Program-made: the position numbers and the translations under genes
The notes under the pieces: generated by a model
Database searches by the model: none
What the model was told of the DNA's origin: nothing
Seen by the model: only the letters and a program-made list of their open reading frames with translations
DNA from: Calditrichia bacterium
GTDB lineage: Bacteria; Calditrichota; Calditrichia; JAJRVZ01
Assembly: GCA_963777955.1 (NCBI GenBank)
Contig: CAVZSQ010000001.1
Coordinates: 32,001-96,000, forward strand
DNA length: 64,000 nucleotides
Direction: 5' to 3'
In this document: piece by piece, positions 61,937 to 64,000 of the stretch
How the letters are laid out: each line of letters starts with the position of its first letter
Numbering within the stretch: position 1 is the stretch's first letter

Positions 61937-63127
61937 TTAGAATTTGCGGACAATCAACACGAACAATACTGCCAGAGCTATTCCGGCCCCGGCAAAAAAA
62001 GCTGCATTTAATCCTGCCAGGGCATACACCAGGCCGGTTAAAACCGGTCCGAGGGTCTGTCCCAACCGCAGCATCATTCCGTTTAAGGACATAAACGCGG
62101 CCCTGTTCTCCAGGGGCGCCGAACCGGTCAGTAAATTCTGTAGACTGGGCATGCCCAGACCCATTCCCAGTCCAAAGATGCAGGTTGGCAGCAGGATCAG
62201 ATAGATGTTCCCTATAAAAGGGGTGATCAGCATTGAAAACAGGAAAAATATGAAGGCCCATTTGATCAGTGATTTTTCGGAAAAACGCGTGATCAGTTTG
62301 CCTGCCTGGGTGGCAGCAAAGGCATTCAGCACGGAAGAAGAAGACAGCAGCACACCAATCGTGAAAGCAGAGGCTGAAAAATTCTTGGACAGCAGCAAAG
62401 GAAAATAGGTCAGATAAGAACCGTATAGAATAATAAAGATGAACATGCTTAGCGAATAGAGTAACCAGATGTGCCGATTATTGATCAGTGAAAATGTGTG
62501 ACGAAGGTAATCCTTTAAATTGACTTTTTGGATGGGCTCAGGGTTTTTTAAATAGCACAACACCAGGATACCGATAGGTACAGCCACTATCGTCATTAAG
62601 AAAGGGTAATTCCAGCCAAGCAGGGTAAGCGCACCCCCCAACACCGGATAAGCAGCCGTGGCGATACTTAATATACCGGCATTATAACCCATTATGGCAG
62701 CCCGTTCCTTGCCGCGGTACAGATCACCGATCAGGGTCAGATTAAGTGAACCAAGGGCGGCGCCTCCGATACCCTGTAAAATCCGTAAAATCAGCAGCAG
62801 GTTATAATTTTTAACCCAGAAGCAAAAAGTCCCCGCTAAACCGAATAGCATCAGGGAGGGAATTAATATTTTTTTCCGGCCCCAACGGTCGGCCAGTACT
62901 CCCATTACCGGAGTAAGAATTACGCCGGGCAGGGTGAAGGCGGTGATGATCAAACCGATGGCCGAAGGCGGAATTTGCATTGCTTTAATCATACTGGGGA
63001 ATGCGGGCGTGAGGTTGGAGACCCCCATAACTGCAACCAGGGTGATTCCGAATATCAGATGCAGATTCGGATCGAGAATTAACGGCCTGGGTCCTGCTGA
63101 ATCAACTGGTTTGTATCTGTCTGCCAT
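61937..63127 (-). CDS. MFS transporter
   Basis: GVLADRWGRK motif A, multi-TM pattern; start reassigned to MADRY at 63127. Confidence 0.9.
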   Translation of the reverse strand: MADRYKPVDSAGPRPLILDPNLHLIFGITLVAVMGVSNLTPAFPSMIKAMQIPPSAIGLIITAFTLPGVILTPVMGVLADRWGRKKILIPSLMLFGLAGTFCFWVKNYNLLLILRILQGIGGAALGSLNLTLIGDLYRGKERAAIMGYNAGILSIATAAYPVLGGALTLLGWNYPFLMTIVAVPIGILVLCYLKNPEPIQKVNLKDYLRHTFSLINNRHIWLLYSLSMFIFIILYGSYLTYFPLLLSKNFSASAFTIGVLLSSSSVLNAFAATQAGKLITRFSEKSLIKWAFIFFLFSMLITPFIGNIYLILLPTCIFGLGMGLGMPSLQNLLTGSAPLENRAAFMSLNGMMLRLGQTLGPVLTGLVYALAGLNAAFFAGAGIALAVLFVLIVRKF

Positions 63128-63281
63128 ATCTGCGGAGTATATTAATTTGATATTATATCTGTTTCTTTTAAAGGAACCAAATAATTTATAAATTAAAACA
63201 AAATAATAAAATATGGAATTCCCGGGCGGTTGATTATGGTTATATAAAATAAGATTGCTCGGACGAATTGAGAGAAAAATC

Positions 63282-64000
63282 ATGAATGTATATGCACTGA
63301 TTATTCTGCTGACCTTAATTGCCGGATATATTCTGGATCTATATATAAACCTGCTGAACCTGAAATGTCTGCAAACCGGATTACCACAGGAATTCAAAGA
63401 TATTTATGACGCCGAACGCTACGGTAAATCACAGACTGTATACCAGGGTTAATACCCGTTTTGGATTCTTAACCGCCGGAACAAGTTTAGCAATAACGCT
63501 GATTTTCTGGTTCAGCGGCGGATTCAATTATCTCGATCTGGTGGTCAGGGGATTCAATCTGTCTGAAATCTGGAACGGGTTGATCTATATCGGCACGCTG
63601 CTGGTATTGCGGGGTATACTATCCCTGCCATTCAGCATTTATTCCACATTTGTAATCGAAGCACGTTTTGGTTTTAATAAAACCACCGTCCGGACTTTTA
63701 TTCTGGATATAGTGAAAGGTCTGCTGCTTGGCATCGCCCTGGGCGGACCAATACTGGCGGGGATAATGTACTTTTTCCAGTATGCCGGTCCGCTGGCCTG
63801 GATCTATTGCTGGCTGGTGGTGACTCTGTTCGGGTTGATCATTCAATTTATCGCTCCAACCTGGATTATGCCCCTGTTCAATAAATTCACACCTCTGGCA
63901 GCGGGTGAATTACGCGAAGCGATTATGGCGTATGCTCAAAAGGTTCACTACTCATTACGGGATATTTTTATCATGGACGGGTCAAAGCGCTCGACCAAGT
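63282..64000 (+). CDS. M48 Ste24/HtpX-like metalloprotease, N-terminal part (frameshifted, runs off the window)
   Basis: YSTFVIEARFGFNK, IMPLFNKFTPL, MDGSKRS motifs. Confidence 0.88.

Noticed and set aside
63128..63397. 90-aa N-terminal extension of the MFS ORF
   Set aside because: It spans the AT-rich divergent promoter region and overlaps the M48 gene on the opposite strand.

Overview
Bacterial chromosomal window, probably from the FCB superphylum (Calditrichota/KSB1-like; inferred from a T9SS C-terminal-domain protein and gene content). Many conserved genes carry single-base frameshifts, which most likely reflects an unpolished long-read assembly. In order: (1) an outer-membrane beta-barrel gene followed by at least five tandem lipoprotein paralogs that share an invariant N-terminal motif (CAQWGGDNPLGITGGS..GYG) and have divergent lipocalin-like bodies; the array runs off the window start. 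(2) kup. (3) A CusCBA-type Cu/Ag efflux operon with a Cys-rich leader ORF and two Met/His-rich accessory proteins. (4) A complete nuoA-N operon with fused nuoCD and a repeat-filled spacer. (5) CBS and nitronate-monooxygenase-family genes. (6) A ~16.5 kb island bracketed by a 12-bp direct repeat, carrying a NarL-type regulator, kaiC, kaiB, a pseudo-receiver, a duplicated promoter cassette, many general-stress small proteins and a low-GC T9SS cargo gene. (7) glpD, a hydrolase, a Crp regulator with a palindromic operator, a STAND-like ATPase-wHTH-Sel1 protein, ccmF, pheA, a TPR-thioredoxin protein, thyX, nadA, an MFS transporter and an M48 protease. No rRNA, tRNA, CRISPR array, integrase or transposase was seen. 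The best candidates for undescribed systems are the barrel-plus-lipoprotein array and the KaiBC-linked stress regulon island.
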